A DNA stretch of 56,244 nt, the filler included, from an uncultured virus (IMG/VR IMGVR_UViG_2061766007_002158) (taxonomy: Duplodnaviria > Heunggongvirae > Uroviricota > Caudoviricetes). It is 6 parts of one record of this genome, joined end to end, with 100 filler letters (N's around TTAATTAATTAA, not from the genome) between each part and the next. Parts side by side here need not be neighbours in the genome. Positions count along the whole stretch, not along the records: positions 36,728 to 54,386 come from IMGVR_UViG_2061766007_002158; positions 54,487 to 55,107 come from IMGVR_UViG_2061766007_002158; positions 55,208 to 56,244 come from IMGVR_UViG_2061766007_002158; 3 more parts are not named here. One strand, given 5' to 3'. This document shows, in pieces, positions 53,553-56,244 of the stretch; within the stretch, counting starts at the first letter, position 1, and each line of letters begins with the position of its first letter. The notes below the pieces were generated by a model. That model made no database searches and had not been told where the DNA came from. It saw nothing but the letters and a program-made list of their open reading frames with translations. A program made the translations under genes and the position numbers.

Positions 53553-53986
53553 AAAAAATAATCAGAGGCAGAACATATAATACAGAAAAAGCTCAGCGGA
53601 TAGGGAGCTGGAACAACGGTCACGGCGGTGGCGATCTGGATTACATGGTAGAAACGCTCTACCGCAAGCGCACCGGGGAATATTTCCTCGAGGGCTGCGG
53701 GGGTGCGCGGAGCCGCTACGCGGAGATCGACGGAAATATGATGGCGTCAGGCTGCCGGATCGTTCCTCTGAGCTTCGATCAGGCGAGAAATTGGGCGGAG
53801 GAGCATCTAACACCGGAAGTGTATGAATCCGCTTTTGGTACAGCCGATAATGACGCGGAAAAGCAGTATTTCAACTGCGGGCTGGAAGCACCTGTTATGA
53901 AGCTGCTGAAAGAATCCGCAGCGAGAGAAGAAAAAAGCATGGGCGATATCATTGCCCGGCTGATCGTCGAAAAATACGGAAAGTAA
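53549..53986 (+). CDS. Phage protein with C-terminal ribbon-helix-helix-like domain
   Basis: MKKIIRGRTYNTEKA...ETLYRKRTGEYFL; C-terminal FNCGL...KLLKESAAREEKSMGDIIARLI. Confidence 0.7.
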   Translation: MKKIIRGRTYNTEKAQRIGSWNNGHGGGDLDYMVETLYRKRTGEYFLEGCGGARSRYAEIDGNMMASGCRIVPLSFDQARNWAEEHLTPEVYESAFGTADNDAEKQYFNCGLEAPVMKLLKESAAREEKSMGDIIARLIVEKYGK

Positions 53987-54027
53987 AAAACCCGTCCCGG
54001 TTTGTTGTTGAACCGGGACGGGTTTTT
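53985..54027. terminator. Bidirectional terminator between the accessory operon and the serine integrase
   Basis: AAAAACCCGTCCCGGTT...AACCGGGACGGGTTTTT. Confidence 0.85.
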
Positions 54028-54386
54028 AATTTTGTTGAACAATGACGACTACAGCCAAGCCGATAAAATATATGGTGGTGTTCGTATTGTTCGCGTCTGG
54101 CCCGCCNNNNNNNNNNNNNNNNNNNNNNNNNNNNNNNNNNNNNNNNNNNNNNNNNNNNGTAGTTGAAAATCAGCAGGAGGGAGCCGTCGGGGCGGAGGTA
54201 GACGGAGTTGAGGAAGGTGTCTATCAGGCGTTCTTTATATGCCGGGGCGGTGGTCTTCTTTTCGCGGAGCTTCTGGAAGTAGAGTTTTATCTGGTCTTCG
54301 GTGAGCATGGGACAGTTGGCTTCCGCTTCCGCAATCAGGGCGGTCAGGGTTGATATTTCTGCTTCGATGGTATCAAGGCGGTTTTT
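54026..54386 (-). CDS. Large serine recombinase C-terminal fragments (second copy of the 3' end at 54487-54555 +)
   Basis: Coiled coil then KERLIDTFLNSVYL...LLLIFNY, ending GGPDANNTNTTIYFIGLAVVVIVQQN*. Confidence 0.7.
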
Positions 54387-54895
54387 NNNNNNNNNNNNNN
54401 NNNNNNNNNNNNNNNNNNNNNNNNNNNNNNTTAATTAATTAANNNNNNNNNNNNNNNNNNNNNNNNNNNNNNNNNNNNNNNNNNNNTTCTAATTCCCCGC
54501 CCCCCGGCGGGCCAGACGCGAACAATACGAACACCACCATATATTTTATCGGCTTNNNNNNNNNNNNNNNNNNNNNNNNNNNNNNNNNNNNNNNNNNNNN
54601 NNNNNNNNNNNNNNNNNNNNNNNNNNNNNCTCCGCGCCGGTGATTTTGCAAAGCTGCCTCCACCACATAGAATTTACCGAGGGAATTTTGGAGGATNNNN
54701 NNNNNNAGTCAGCGGTCCGAATCTGCCGTCAATTTTCAGTCCGGCTTTCGCCGCCTGATTTAAATGCCACTGCACCCAACTTACGCCATTGCCTCTGTCG
54801 CCGTATCTGAGAGCCGTTTTCGGCTCGGCGTAAGGGCATTTTGCAACCGGCTTCGGAGAGGGCGCAGCGCTCCCGGAATCNNNNNNNNNNAAAAA

Positions 54896-55023
54896 AATAA
54901 AAAAACACCTCTGTCCGGCTGTTTGCCGACCGACGGACAGAGGCATGAAATGAGGATAACTTACCCTCAAAGGGATAGAGGGAAGTCTGTCTATATAATA
55001 GCAGATTTCCCCGAAAGTGTCAA
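54896..55023 (-). ncRNA. Putative ~90-nt antisense sRNA (promoter to terminator) upstream of a second serine integrase
   Basis: TTGACA(55023-55018)-N17-TATTAT(55000-54995); hairpin CCTCTGTCCG/CGGACAGAGG 54908-54943 then U tract on minus. Confidence 0.65.
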
Positions 55024-55045
55024 TATTTTTAAAGGGGAAATAAAC

Positions 55046-55107
55046 ATGAATAATAATGATAAAAACACCTACCGCGCCGCGATCTACGCCCGATACAGTT
55101 CCAGCGG
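55046..55107 (+). CDS. Large serine recombinase N-terminus, second allele
   Basis: MNNNDKNTYRAAIYARYSSG; AAAGGGG RBS. Confidence 0.8.
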
Positions 55108-55207
55108 NNNNNNNNNNNNNNNNNNNNNNNNNNNNNNNNNNNNNNNNNNNNTTAATTAATTAANNNNNNNNNNNNNNNNNNNNNNNNNNNNNNNNNNNNN
55201 NNNNNNN

Positions 55208-55886
55208 ATCGGCGTTGACATTCTGCTCAGCCGCGTCCCATGCCTGCATTTTTGCCGCNNNNNNNNNNCTTATGCAATATCTGCGCGTCGCCGCTTTCAG
55301 CAGTCCAATCGGCGTTGACATTCTGCTCTGCGTTGTCCCATGCCTGTATTTTTGCCGCCGTAATGCCGTCAAGTTTCGTCTTGTCTGCCGTGGACATAAG
55401 CCCGTGCGTCTGTTGTGTTGCGTCTGAGTAAGTGGTGTCAGTTGCGGAAATTGTCAGCTCTCCATTGACTGTTTCAATGCTGATATTGTCCCCGGCAGTG
55501 AGCGTATCCTGCTTTTCATTCAGCGCCGTGTCAACCACGTCTTTGTCATAATAATTTGCCAGATTGTCAACATCTGCGTCAATAAAGCTGCTCACATCGG
55601 GAATGTCCGCAACGTCAGCCTTGCCGCCCAATGCTGTATCAATATCACCCTTATTGTAATAACCTCCCAGCGCTCCAATTAATTCCGCTTCGGTTACGAT
55701 GTCCGCGTCATGCGAATTCAAATACGCTTCAATCGCCGCGTCAATTTCTTCGGGCGTTAATTTTTCATTTTCGATTCTGGAAATTATCTTTTCCCAATAC
55801 TTTTCCGCCCTTGTCTCAGCATCCGGCAGCTCACCAGAATACTCGCCTGCGGCCGCCGCCATAAACATTTCATCTCTTGTTATTGG
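55208..55886 (-). CDS. MEPITR-family protein extended by fibre repeats, fragments
   Basis: PITRDEMFMAAAAGEY...KQDTLTAGDNISIE...GLMSTADKTKLDGI...AEQNVNADW. Confidence 0.7.
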
Positions 55887-55913
55887 NNNNNNNNNNNNNN
55901 NNNNNNNNNNNNN

Positions 55914-56244
55914 GGTAGCCGGTCGATGCCATGCGTTCCAGCGGTTGCGGGAGACGTCCCAATATTCCCTCACCCAGATCTCGCCCTGCCATACAAAGCC
56001 GGTGGAGGAGGTGCCGTTTGTCGAAATCAGCATTTGCATATCGCCCATAGCGCGGTTCGCGCCGCGTCCGAAGGTGACGATAATGCCGCCCGGCTCAGTG
56101 ACGGGCGCGTGAGCCGCGTCCGCGTCCTGTTCGCTTTCAAAGATCAGGTGAACCGGGTAGACGCGGTTGTTGGGAAGGTTGTCAAAGTCACCGCCGAAGG
56201 CGTTCTGAAAACGCGAATCATTGAGAATAACGCCGCTGCCGCTG
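55914..56244 (-). CDS. Fibre knob-like domain fragment, runs off the window
   Basis: DFDNLPNNRVY...HAPVTEPGG...Q...IWVREYW...WNAW. Confidence 0.6.

Noticed and set aside
54487..54514. tRNA 3' end (TTCTAATTCCCCGCC...GCCA)
   Set aside because: T-loop and stem do not fit a tRNA, and the stretch reads in frame as the integrase C-terminus
5846..55163. Repeated TTAATTAATTAA palindrome as a biological repeat
   Set aside because: Always embedded in N runs; a standard six-frame-stop linker for joining contigs
137..56112. Numerous antisense and alternate-frame ORFs in the supplied track
   Set aside because: Shadows of GC-rich real genes, with no RBS or recognisable motifs
5858..56244. Shufflon or invertible tail-fibre cassettes suggested by strand flips and serine recombinases
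   Set aside because: The flips between homologous genes coincide with N gaps, I found no recurrent crossover sites, and the recombinases look like large integrases in the lysogeny module

Overview
This window is a concatenated draft, not one continuous molecule. Dozens of short contigs are joined by N gaps and artificial TTAATTAATTAA six-frame-stop spacers. Most of it is several (at least 4-5) allelic versions of one temperate siphovirus family infecting a spore-forming Clostridia-type host. Phage modules seen: head closure and HK97-gp10 connector, tail assembly chaperone, TP901-type tape measure, Dit, Tal (Gp37-like), several BppU-anchored baseplate proteins, fibre-like proteins, a two-catalytic-domain endolysin, alternative holins, and a lysogeny module (tyrosine or serine integrase, fused double repressor, Cro). 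Host fragments include corA, spoVAD, gatB, a GNAT gene, the 5' part of tmRNA and an IS1595-family element. The most interesting signals are: (i) a conserved ~90-nt antisense promoter-to-terminator RNA cassette directly upstream of both tyrosine and serine integrases; (ii) a BppU-3xFN3-GH5 glycoside hydrolase fusion among other carbohydrate-modifying tail-region enzymes; (iii) two repressors fused in frame with an internal RBS; (iv) anti-defence-like genes after the lysis module, one with a promoter carrying palindromic operators; (v) a hypervariable lectin-like gene with conserved ends; (vi) a chaperone G/GT-type overlap lacking a canonical slippery heptamer. Order and orientation across N gaps are unreliable, and many long ORFs in the supplied track are chimeras across gaps.
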